Made by a program: the position numbers and the translations under genes
Notes under the pieces: model-generated
Database searches by the model: none
Told to the model about the DNA's origin: nothing
The model's input: only the letters and a program-made list of their open reading frames with translations
Shown: positions 1 to 8,365 of the stretch, piece after piece
Layout of the letters: every line of letters begins with the position of its first letter
How positions within the stretch are numbered: the first letter of the stretch is position 1
NCBI GenBank assembly: GCA_043228905.1
Contig: JBHGNT010001196.1
Coordinates: forward strand, 1 to 11,086
Direction of reading: 5' to 3'
Length of the DNA: 11,086 nt
Origin: Azolla caroliniana
Lineage: Eukaryota; Plantae; Polypodiophyta

Positions 1-310
1 AAGCGACCGAGAAGAAGAAAGCCGAACAAGGAGCAAAAGGTAAGAGTCGACCGAATCAATCATGATAATGAGCCATGCTAGGCTCAACATGGACCTCACT
101 TATGCCGACTGACTTGTAACATAAATCTGGATTAGTGTTGTAATCTAGTTTTACGGGGGAGACAATCCCAAACACATCTACATGTATTAAAGAGTAGTCC
201 TTTTACGGGGGAGTTTGTTGGCATAAAAGACTGACTCCTTCCAGTTTGTATCCTAGTGTGAACTCGTCCATATACTTAGGGCTTAGTGTATAAGAAATAA
301 CCTAACGTTC

Positions 311-349
311 TAAAGAAGAGATCACTTGATCATCCTGTACATCGAGTCT

Positions 350-385
<36 letters not shown>

Positions 386-895
386 AGAAATAAGGAGAGC
401 TTCCATTAAAGCTTTATCTGTGTGTATCTATCATTTGTCTATATCTTCTTGCCTTCTCTCTATGTTGTTTGTTGAGCATAACCGACAGGTCCTCGTTTCC
501 ACGCATATCTATCTTTGTAAAGAAGAGATCACTTGATCATCGTCGACATCGAGTCTTTGAGAGAAAACAGAAATAAGGAGAGCTTCCATTAAAGCTTTAT
601 CGGTGTGTATCTATCATTTGTCTATATCTTCTTGCCTTCCCTTTGTGTTGTTTGCTGAGCATAACCGACAGGTCCTCACATACGTTTCCACGCATATCTA
701 TCTTTGTAAAGAAGAGATCACTTGATCATCCTCTCCATCGAGTCTTTGACAGAAAACAAAAATAAGGAGAGCTTCCATTAAAGCTTTATTGGTGTGTATC
801 TATCATTTGTCTATATCTTCTTGCCTTCCCTCTGTGTTGTTTGCTGAGCATAGCCGACAGGTCCTCACATACGTTTCCACGCATATATGTCTTTC
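311..895 (+). repeat. Three tandem copies of a ~189-bp unit (311-517, 518-706, 707-895)
   Basis: Each unit starts TAAAGAAGAGATCACTTGATCATC and contains AAATAAGGAGAGCTTCCATTAAAGCTTTAT and CCGACAGGTCCTC. Unit 1 is 207 bp because of a GA expansion and a 6-bp deletion. Confidence 0.97.
352..384 (+). repeat. (GA)16 microsatellite
   Basis: Perfect GA run in unit 1 only. Units 2 and 3 have GAGAGAAAACAG and GACAGAAAACAA at this position. Confidence 0.98.
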
Positions 896-904
896 AAGAT
901 GTCC

Positions 905-949
905 CAAACTATTGTTGTCCCTCTCCTTAATAGCCCGAATTAAAAATCC
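905..949 (-). other. Putative -1 ribosomal frameshift signal of the outer element
   Basis: G GAT TTT (949-943), 5-nt spacer, then stem CGGGCTATT / 15-nt loop / AATAGTTTG (9 pairs including three G-U). Same geometry as 5316-5360. Confidence 0.7.
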
Positions 950-1503
950 TCCCTAGATTCTTTCCCTAAGCTATGCCTATTTCTTTCATGGTTTGGTCAC
1001 ACGATGAGGAATTGAACCAAGCTTGTCACATCCTGACTTCGTATCCGTACATATGCCAAACCATTATCACGGATTTCGGTAATGTAAGGCTTGCCAAGGA
1101 TAACAGGATGTGACGCCGACTCTTGCACAAAGAAGTGTTGATCATGCTCGACGTCGTCAATAGTTACCTTAACATTAGGACAGGTCCCATGAAGCTCTTA
1201 TGTCGCCCTTGTTGCTGCTCGAATCACCTACCCATGCCTAGTATTAATGGGACAACAACCTTTCCGATAGAAGTCAAGAAACATGAGGTTGATCTCCGAG
1301 CCATGATCAATCAGCGCCACCACCAGATCTTTCAAGTCTCCTACCCGCACTGGTGTCTCGGCAGTGGCCCTAGCCAATGTGGCCTTGCGAAATGGCTATC
1401 CACAAATTTCAAGACCTTCCGTTGTAATAACACTCGTCCAGACATTTGCCAGTCTCGCTCTTTCCTCAATTGTCGCCAGTCTCTTCCTTTTCATTAAGTC
1501 AAT
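940..1503 (-). pseudogene. Retrotransposon aspartic protease region of the outer element, with stops and frameshifts
   Basis: ALIDHGSEINLM (DHG codons 1308-1300) and ILG motif. It ends GAT TTT TAA, like the inner element's GAT TTT TAG. Confidence 0.9.
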
Positions 1504-1504
1504 T

Positions 1505-1805
1505 GCCAAGTGTCACAAAACTACTCTCTTATGTTGACATGAACCAAGCTAAAGAAGATACTGATCCCGTGAACACATGATCCCACCCCTAGCAATTGTG
1601 GTTTGCTCAATCCACAGTGTTTGGTAAACTCTTGCAAAAGCTTTCTCACCTTTAGAGCTTCTTCGAAGTAATTCTCTTGGTTCATATATATGGCTTGCAA
1701 TGCATCTCCTCTAGTAAAGATTAAAGCATGGTTTTGGTTTTCGGGTTTTCCTTCTCCAATCTTGAGTGGCCCTAGGAGCTCGATCCAATCAATTTCAACT
1801 TCTTT
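1505..1805 (-). pseudogene. Captured callose synthase (1,3-beta-glucan synthase, GT48; CalS/GSL) coding fragment, copy 1
   Basis: KEVEI..IELLGPLKIGEGKPENQNHALIFTRGDALQAIYMNQENYFEEALKVRKLLQEF...LLGV, then after a frameshift HVFTGSVSSLAWFMST*ESSFVTLG. These are hallmark callose synthase catalytic-domain motifs. Confidence 0.96.
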
Positions 1806-1974
1806 TCTTTGCAATTCCCATGATCTTCCGTAGTGTGAACTCGATTCAGCTATCCAAGATCCTTTCTTCCATCACATGCTTAAAGTCGGTGGACTACTCT
1901 ATCTCCAAGCGTAGTTTGAACGCCGGTCCGTTTCTTTCTTTCCCTCTTTCGGTTATCATTTAGGGCGGTGACGA
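1621..1974. repeat. 570-bp tandem duplication, copy 1 left part (continues at 9556-9771 after the inserted element)
   Basis: Aligns without gaps to 9772-10125, with about 38 mismatches in ~351 bp by hand count. Confidence 0.93.
1971..1974 (+). repeat. Left 4-bp target-site duplication ACGA
   Basis: ACGA|TGTC at the 5' LTR start and GACA|ACGA at the 3' LTR end (9552-9555). Confidence 0.9.
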
Positions 1975-3089
1975 TGTCATAAAGATTTTCGCCAACGCTG
2001 TGAAAATTGAATGGAATGTACAAAATCGAGTGTGGTTCTTCACACATAACATAAAACAATAACAGTGAATATACTATTTTATACTAGTTTAATACCTTTG
2101 TACAAAAATATGGAGGTCTTCAAGAGCTTTCGAATACACTTTACCACATAAGAAACGGAAAACTAATTGGCAAGTTATGTGGGTATGAAGTTTGCGAAGT
2201 AGAAGAGAAAAAACAAAACCACGAGATATCCCACATAGACGGGATAAATAAGGATCCCAAAGTATATAAGGCAGACCAAAATCTATTACTTTGTGTCTAT
2301 GAGTGGATCATAGAATGTTCAAGGCAACTTGAGCTAAACTAATTGGATGAATTGGTGTGGCCTAACTACTTGTAAAAGTTTTGACCGACCGGAACCAGAC
2401 AGAGCCTACGAGGTGCCGACAACGACTGGACGGAGCCAACAAGACGATGAAAAAAAGGATCAGATTGAACCAATCAGGACATACGGATAGGTTGATTGAT
2501 CGCGATGCATGGTGATTTGAAGGTTTTCGGTGTAAAAACAAGACCAAAAGCCTAGTAGTATTTTGTGTTTTGAAAGGGATGTGAGCAAGCCTTGAACCTT
2601 GCACCTCCAAGTTCAAAGTCAATAGGCTTACCACTAAGCCAAGTCATATCTTCAAAAGCTTTACTTTGATCATTTTACATGTAAATTCTCATATATGAGA
2701 GCTTGAATGAGTGACATAGTTATCATGTAACACATGTAATACATGAGCGCCAAATGGCAAACATGCATCTCATGCATGTCTTGCACCTTCACATGCACCA
2801 TATGCATGGGGGCATCTATAAAATAGTGGAGGAATCAAGCAAATGGGGGTAATGAAAAATTTTGGAAAAATAAGAAACTTGTAATCCTATTGTTGTTGTA
2901 TCTTCTCTCGTAAATCTAAAAGTTAAAAGTTCGATCTTTATCTTAATATCTCTCTTTCGTCATATCAATATCTCTCAATCTATCTTAAATACTTTCTCGC
3001 TCAAGTTAGTGCAAACTTCGAATCCTTCCGATCCAGGACCCCGATGGTTCCGCCTCACGATCTGCACGTAGTGACGGATCTTCACGACA
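1975..3089 (+). repeat. 5' LTR (1115 bp)
   Basis: TGTCATAAAGAT...ATCTTCACGACA (imperfect 12-bp terminal inverted repeat). Direct repeat of 8438-9551 with ~39 substitutions and 1 indel by hand count. Confidence 0.98.
2762..2824 (+). promoter_or_regulatory. Putative LTR core promoter: CATGCA (RY-like) cluster + TATA box
   Basis: CATGCA 2762, CATGCATG 2771, CATGCA 2792, TGCATG 2803, then TATAAAAT 2817-2824. Identical in the 3' LTR. Confidence 0.55.
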
Positions 3090-3097
3090 TAATTAAG

Positions 3098-3115
3098 CGG
3101 TGAACCTAACGTGAA
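3098..3115 (+). other. Primer-binding site complementary to tRNA-Trp
   Basis: CGGTGAACCTAACGTGAA matches 15/18 to TGGTGAACCCGACGTGAA, the complement of the plant tRNA-Trp(CCA) 3' end as recalled from memory. Two mismatches are CG>TA. Confidence 0.8.
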
Positions 3116-3161
3116 AGAGGCGGTAGGAAGGATTAAGTCGAGGATCGACCGATACTTGGAG

Positions 3162-4353
3162 ATGGCATCCTCAAGATATCGAGTGGGAGAATTCGAAAGG
3201 ATGATGCTAATCGTCGAACAAATGATGAGATCTAGAGACAACGATGCGAGTGTGGCGAAGGCCGTCGATCGTGTCGTGGAGTTCAAGGGTCAATTTGATG
3301 AAAGGAACATTATGAAGTTCCTTGATGCATACAAAAGGGAGATGAATCAAAAGGACGTGTCTGAAGCGCGGCAAATCACAAGTTTTAAGAGAGTGGTCGC
3401 AACAACATCTAAAGACGTGTCATCGAGCTTCAGGAAGGTAAGACAACATGGTCTGAGTTCGAGAACGCAATATTAGCGGAGTTCTCGACGGAAGACTTGA
3501 CGAGGATGACTCGACATGCGTTGATGAAGTGGATAGAAAAGAAGAATAAGAGGATGAGCGCATCGAGGGTGTACAACGAGTTCGACCAAATGTTTCTTCG
3601 TCTCCCCGCCATGGACCAAGTGTTGCTTGAGGAGGACAAAACTTTGTACTTCTTGAAAGCTGTGGACATGAAGGATAGACGTGAATTGGGGACTCTTCTT
3701 GAAACCCAAGCAAACGGGTTTGTGGCAGACTGGATTGCAGTGAAGTGGGCGTGCAATAGGCTCAACAAGCGTCGTCAGTGGGTTGATGACACTGACTTGG
3801 CGGGATTGACTGTCGCGGAGAAAACAAGACAACCAAAAGTAGCTGAGCTGCCCAAACAAAGCAGCCCGGAAGAAAAGAAGATTGATGATGACATCATCGA
3901 AGAACTAGCGAAGAAGTTCGAGATGGTCACGCTAGCCAACATGAATCTTCGGGGCCCCAAAGCAAGAGAACCCTTTAGATGTGTGTGGTGTGATAGCATG
4001 GACCACATGAGAAGGGATTGCACGAGCCTTCGAGATGCCATTCGACAAAATATCGTATACATGGATGGCAACATGATCTGCTCGAGTGAGACTAGAAGAC
4101 CCTTGCGAGTGAATTTCGAAGAGGGGGAATGAAGAAACCTATGGAGGATGCCAAGGCGTCTCATGTGGATGCAATGCACTATCTGCGTTGGCCGGAATAA
4201 GAGTCGGGAAAGACAAAATTGAAGCTGCGGAAGTGGGAGCAAAGTTCTGGTCTACTGTTCTCGAGTATGAGAAGAAGGGAAAAGGCACTTCGAACGAGGT
4301 AGAGCTTGCGGATCGAAGTGTACAAAGTATAACCGAATGGTTGGATCCAGTGG
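3162..4353 (+). pseudogene. gag: Gag, frameshifted into ORFs 3111-3476, 3497-4132 and 4188-4430
   Basis: First ATG after the PBS at 3162. CX2CX4HX4C zinc knuckle CVWCDSMDHMRRDC at 3980-4021. Collinear with the outer element's gag at 10270-11086 (-). Confidence 0.88.
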
Positions 4354-5325
4354 ATGTGCGACAACCACGAGGTGTTCGTCGAAGAAAAGAGAAAAAGAAT
4401 AGAAGAGCAAGGCCCATCAAAAAGACATGAAACCAGGAACGCGAAAAAGAAGGAAGATGCGGAAACAAGTCGAGCTTTACAAACGGAGGAACGAGAATCA
4501 AGCCGAAAAGGGGAGTCAAGTAAACAAGTCAAAGAAATGGTTCAGCCCGTGAAGGTTGGTGTCGATGACCCCGCTCGGAAGACAAGAATTATGCCTACCT
4601 ATAAGCTAAGGTCGGACAAAGAGCAAACGACTGATCTGAAGAAGATTCTCGAGGAACGTGTTTTCGATAGCCACGTGACCTTGTCCTTGAGGGAATTGCT
4701 CGATATTATGAAGAAGGAGTTCCATGATACGATCGTGGACCTTGTGAAGAGAAAAAGGCAACTATCGGACGAGGAAGAAGAGAAGCCACTAAAATCAAAA
4801 GTGAATGCCATAACGATGGCAAGAGACGAAATCGATGAGGATATGGTGGACAACCACTATACTCGACCTCATTGGGCACGAGCAACAACGGAGACGCTGG
4901 TGAAGATTAGGGAGAAGAAAGAGATCGTGGTAGCCTTGATTGACCATGGCTCAGAGATCAACCTCATGTCAACCAACTTCTACAAAAAAGGAAGATGGCC
5001 AATTAATACAAACCACGGATGGAAGATTCAAGTGGAAACAAAGGTGATAGAAGACTTGTACGGAGCTTGTCCAAGTGTTAAAGTCACGATCCGGGATGTG
5101 GAGATGGATCAACACTTCTTCGTACAAGAATCAGCTTTGCATCCTATCATCCTAGGTCAACCATATATCACATCATCCCGGATGGAGACCAAGGTGTTTA
5201 ATAATGGAGCAACTTTTGTGCAAATCAAGATTCTTGACAATCAAAGATCTATTCAATTCCTAACGGTGCGAGCTAATCATGAAAGAAATCGAGATAGTCT
5301 TGGAGGCGAATCCTCGGATTTTTAG
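4354..5325 (+). CDS. Gag C-terminal linker + aspartic protease (open remnant of the Gag-PR ORF)
   Basis: VVALIDHGSEINLMS (DHG 4942-4950) and downstream IILGQPYI, the two retropepsin-type motifs. Confidence 0.88.
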   Translation: MCDNHEVFVEEKRKRIEEQGPSKRHETRNAKKKEDAETSRALQTEERESSRKGESSKQVKEMVQPVKVGVDDPARKTRIMPTYKLRSDKEQTTDLKKILEERVFDSHVTLSLRELLDIMKKEFHDTIVDLVKRKRQLSDEEEEKPLKSKVNAITMARDEIDEDMVDNHYTRPHWARATTETLVKIREKKEIVVALIDHGSEINLMSTNFYKKGRWPINTNHGWKIQVETKVIEDLYGACPSVKVTIRDVEMDQHFFVQESALHPIILGQPYITSSRMETKVFNNGATFVQIKILDNQRSIQFLTVRANHERNRDSLGGESSDF

Positions 5326-5378
5326 AGCGGACTATTGAAGCATGGGGCACAAATAGTCCGAGTGATCACAAGTCCCCA
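5316..5378 (+). other. Putative -1 programmed ribosomal frameshift: slippery heptamer + H-type pseudoknot
   Basis: G GAT TTT 5316-5322 directly before the TAG stop. 5-nt spacer. Perfect 9-bp stem CGGACTATT 5328-5336 / AATAGTCCG 5352-5360. Loop TGGGG 5343-5347 is complementary to CCCCA 5374-5378. The -1 frame is open from 5298 to 5675. Confidence 0.8.
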
Positions 5379-6500
5379 CAAGAAAGTAGAGTGCATGGAT
5401 TGCGAGGAGAAGCAACATGTGTCACACCTAGTGGCACACGTAAACTAGTACTTCCCAACAAGAAGGACAAGCGTCGGATACAACACTTCGAGAAGATGCT
5501 AAAAGAAGAAAACATAATAGAAGAAGAAGAGTTCGTGACTCATATTATTGAAGAAGCCTCAATTAATGACACCATCGGCGAAATCGAGGACGTCGTGGAC
5601 TTGAGCTATCTTCACGATCGACACGTGATTTCGGTTAACTCCATCAACATGTACGCTATCATTGATGAATATCATTGAAGCATCTTGATGAAGGAAGCTG
5701 ACATCAAAACAAAATATAAAACGGTGGATAGGAAGATCAAGCCAGTTGTGGTTCCCCTACCGGAAGATAGCTGGCAAAAGATGAAGGAAGTCACTAACGG
5801 TCCAAGCTTAAGAGATTCAAAGGCAATAGGTCATGTCTTCACCGAAGAGACAAAAGGAAAGCTGCGAGTTGGAAGGGAGGATTTCCTCCTCCCTGAAGAG
5901 GAGCAAATGTTTCGCGACATGCTTGCGGATGTATACCTTACCTCAAGGCGCAACGAACTCGGTGGCTCATATGGTGAATACCATGAACAAGGTCTTGAAG
6001 GATTACATCCCGGACATCACGATGCCATTCTTGGATGATATTCCGATAAAAGGATGTTCAGATGAGGAGAAGGATGAATCGAAAGATAAGGAAGGGTGTA
6101 GAAAGTTCGTCGCAGATCATATGAAAGATTGTGAGAAGGTGCTCCAAAGGCTCGAAGATGCGAATTTGACATTTTCGGGAGAAAATTCCGCATTTGGGCA
6201 ACTAGAGATCTTGGTGGTAGGTCACTTGTGCGGAGCATACGACCGGAAGCCTTCGACATCCAAGGTGAACGCGATCCAGGATATGAACGAAGAATGCGTA
6301 AACCAAACAGAGGTTCGAAGGTTCCTTGGAGCATGCGCGTTTTATCATATCTGGATTCCGCACTACGCTCATGTCGTCTAGCCTTTATATGGATTGCTGA
6401 AGAAAAGAATGAAGTTTGAATGGTGAGACGAGCACACATACGCGATGCGAAGATTGAAGAAACTACTTCTTGAAGCTCCAGCACTAAGAAAGGCCGACTA
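5322..6500 (+). pseudogene. pol: Pol N-terminal spacer + reverse transcriptase with an internal deletion near 5925
   Basis: KYKTVDRKIKPV...FRDMLA is joined out of frame to RMYTLPQGATNSVAH...PFLDD (6028-6039)...EVRRFLGACAFYHIWIPHYA. Stops at 5676, 6379 and 6424. Confidence 0.92.
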
Positions 6501-6885
6501 ACCGAAGGGAAGCCAATTTATGTGACTGTAGATACGAGCCCAACCGAAATCGGGTGGGTCATCAACCAAGAAAGAGAAGATAATGCGCGATATGCCATCC
6601 AGTTCGGAGCAAAGGTTTTCAATGAACGACAACGAGGATACGCCCAAGTCAAGCGGGAACTTTGGGGTATTGTGTCGGCAGTGAAGACGAACAAAGACTA
6701 CCTGATCGGGTCGAAGTGATAATAGAGACAGATTGTCTCCCAATCCTCGGTATGATCTCAGGATGTGCGACCCCAAATCTAGCTATGCTAAGGTGGATCG
6801 CCTATATCAAGTCTTTAAGCCCAGAGATCCGCCACATTGCAAGGAAGAAGAACACCATGGCTGACATGTTGTCGAGGGCAAGATT
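6501..6885 (+). pseudogene. RNase H domain (Ty3-type), frameshift near 6710
   Basis: VTVDTSPTEIGWVI...YAQVKRELWGIV...IETDCLPI...RHIARKKNTMADMLSR. Confidence 0.9.
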
Positions 6886-6999
6886 TGAGAATGAAGGTGA
6901 CATGGCTTCGGAAGATGAAGACGTCACCCTCGACTTCTTCAAGATGGCTCGACTATCGGCGGAAGACAAGGGCACGCTAACCCTCCATGCCTTCTACGA

Positions 7000-8365
7000 G
7001 GACAAGTATGAAGGAGTGTGGTTACTGATCGGCAGATTCTTAAGAACAATGACGACGGATGAGTCATTGACGAAGGAGGAGGCTCTACGAATCCGGAAGA
7101 AAGCTTACCAATACTTCTTGAGGGGAGGATTCCTTTGGCGACACCCAAAAAGAAGGATAGGAATGCCACGTCGAGTGGTGGTAAAGAAAGAAGAGCAAGC
7201 AACACTGATGACCGAATTCTACGAGAGTCCTTGGGCAGGTCATAGAGGAACATGGGCGACATTCGAAAATTTGAAGGAGAAGTATTGGTGGCCAAGCATG
7301 TACAAAGATGTACTCCATTTCGTGTCCACATGTGAAATGTGCCAAGTACATTTGAATATACGTCATCGTGATGAGCTATGGCCGACATACCCGCTCACCA
7401 TACACTTCAAATGGATGGTGGATTTGGTCTCAATGCCAATGAGAGTGGGACAAATGAAGTACTTAGCTCTAGCAAGAGAAGACTAGACAAATCAAGTAGA
7501 AGGACGGGCCTTGACAAATAAGACGACGTCAGTAGTTTGCAAATTTCTACTCGAAGAGGTTGTCTGCCAATATGGATGTGTAGGAAAGATAGTGGCCGAC
7601 CAAGGGGAGTTGGATGCACACGAAGCAACGGAGCTCTTCAAACTACTAGGCGTGAAGCTCTCCCTCACGACTGCCTACAATCCAGAAGCGAATGGGAAGA
7701 TCGAGCGAGGGCATGGACTAATCGTCAAAGCCATCGTACGAGCATGCAATAGTCGAGTCGAGAATTGGCCACGACTATTGCCCTATGCCTTGTGGGCCAA
7801 CAGAACTACACATAGTTCAATAACAGGGTATATGCCAATTGAGCTTATGTATGGACAAAAGCTGGTAATGCCCATCGAAAGGACAATCACCTCATGGGTA
7901 GCGATACCATGGGAAAACGAGATGAACTGAGAAGAATTATTAGCGGCACGGATAAGGCAACTTGAAAGGAGACCTGAAAAAGCGCGAAAGATGATGGAGG
8001 CAGCCCAAGTGAAGAAAAAAATTCAATTCGACAAGACGCATCGACTACGTCCCAAGAAGATCGAAGAAGGAGATTGGGTATTGGTCTACGACAGCAGCCT
8101 TGACAATCAACACAGTACAACAAGAAAGTTCGCAAGAAGATGGTTCAGACCATACGCGGTGACAAGTGCCAACAACAATGCCACATACCACCTTGCAGAG
8201 CTAGATGGATCAAGGTTGGCCATACCCATTGTGGGAAAAAGAGTAAAGATTTTCAAGAAAAGACAAGACGAGGATCCTGACCTCGATCACCTCGATGATG
8301 AAGATAGTAGGACGGAACCTACAAACTTGAGGTATGTAGGCGAGGACATGGAGGAATCTGATTGA
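7000..8365 (+). pseudogene. Integrase (zinc finger, DDE core, GPY/F-like C-terminus) with premature stops
   Basis: AGHRG...YWWPSMYKDV..FVSTCEMCQ; D 7421 (WMVD), D 7598 (VADQGE), E 7703 (AYNPEANGKIERGH); KFARRWFRPY...TYHLAELDG. In-frame stops at 7484 and 7928. Confidence 0.94.

Larger units (their letters stand above)
149..896 (+). mobile_element. Probable 3' end (double PPT + 3' LTR, ~216-896) of a third, Copia-like LTR retrotransposon interrupting the outer gypsy element
   Basis: TTTTACGGGGGAG occurs twice (149-161, 201-213). The second copy is followed after 2 nt by TGTTGG at 216. The block ends in CTTTCA at 891-896, next to where gypsy homology begins. No partner LTR or coding domain is in the window, so the superfamily is inferred. 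Confidence 0.55.
897..1974 (-). mobile_element. Outer degenerate Ty3/gypsy (Phygy-like) element, left part: gag C-terminus, protease, frameshift site
   Basis: Minus-strand translation gives ERILDS*IEFTLRKIMGIAKK, IDLMKRKR, ARATAETPVRVGDLKDLVVALIDHGSEINLM and QHFFVQESASHPVILGKPYIT...NHERNRHSLGKESREDF*. This is collinear with ORF 4354-5325 of the inner element. Confidence 0.93.

Noticed and set aside
1-81. Basic peptide at the window start as the end of an extra ORF
   Set aside because: Too short and truncated to assign a frame or product.
254-266. 13-bp TAGTGTGAACTCG shared with 1831-1843 and 9982-9994
   Set aside because: The match does not extend, and a single 13-mer match is plausible by chance in 11 kb.
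311-895. CRISPR-like array
   Set aside because: Whole units are near-identical with no unique spacers, and the context is eukaryotic retroelement DNA.
1123-1497. 124-aa Cys-rich + strand ORF, and + ORFs 1766-1963, 9923-10225 and 10534-10944
   Set aside because: Antisense shadows of the outer element's minus-strand gag/protease, with no recognisable motifs.
1521-1814. ORF as a functional callose synthase gene or exon
   Set aside because: It covers only ~100 codons of a very large enzyme, has a frameshift, a stop and motif substitutions, and is flanked on both sides by collinear retrotransposon sequence.
2362-2634. Antisense LTR ORF repeated at 8825-9109
   Set aside because: It recurs only because the LTRs are duplicates. 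An indel changes the N-terminus between copies and no domain is recognisable.
3400-4360. Frame changes within gag as programmed recoding
   Set aside because: The outer element reads continuously through the positions I could compare (TNFGRGG; KDPVEEKISFVEAVCQ), so these are decay indels, unlike the site at 5316.
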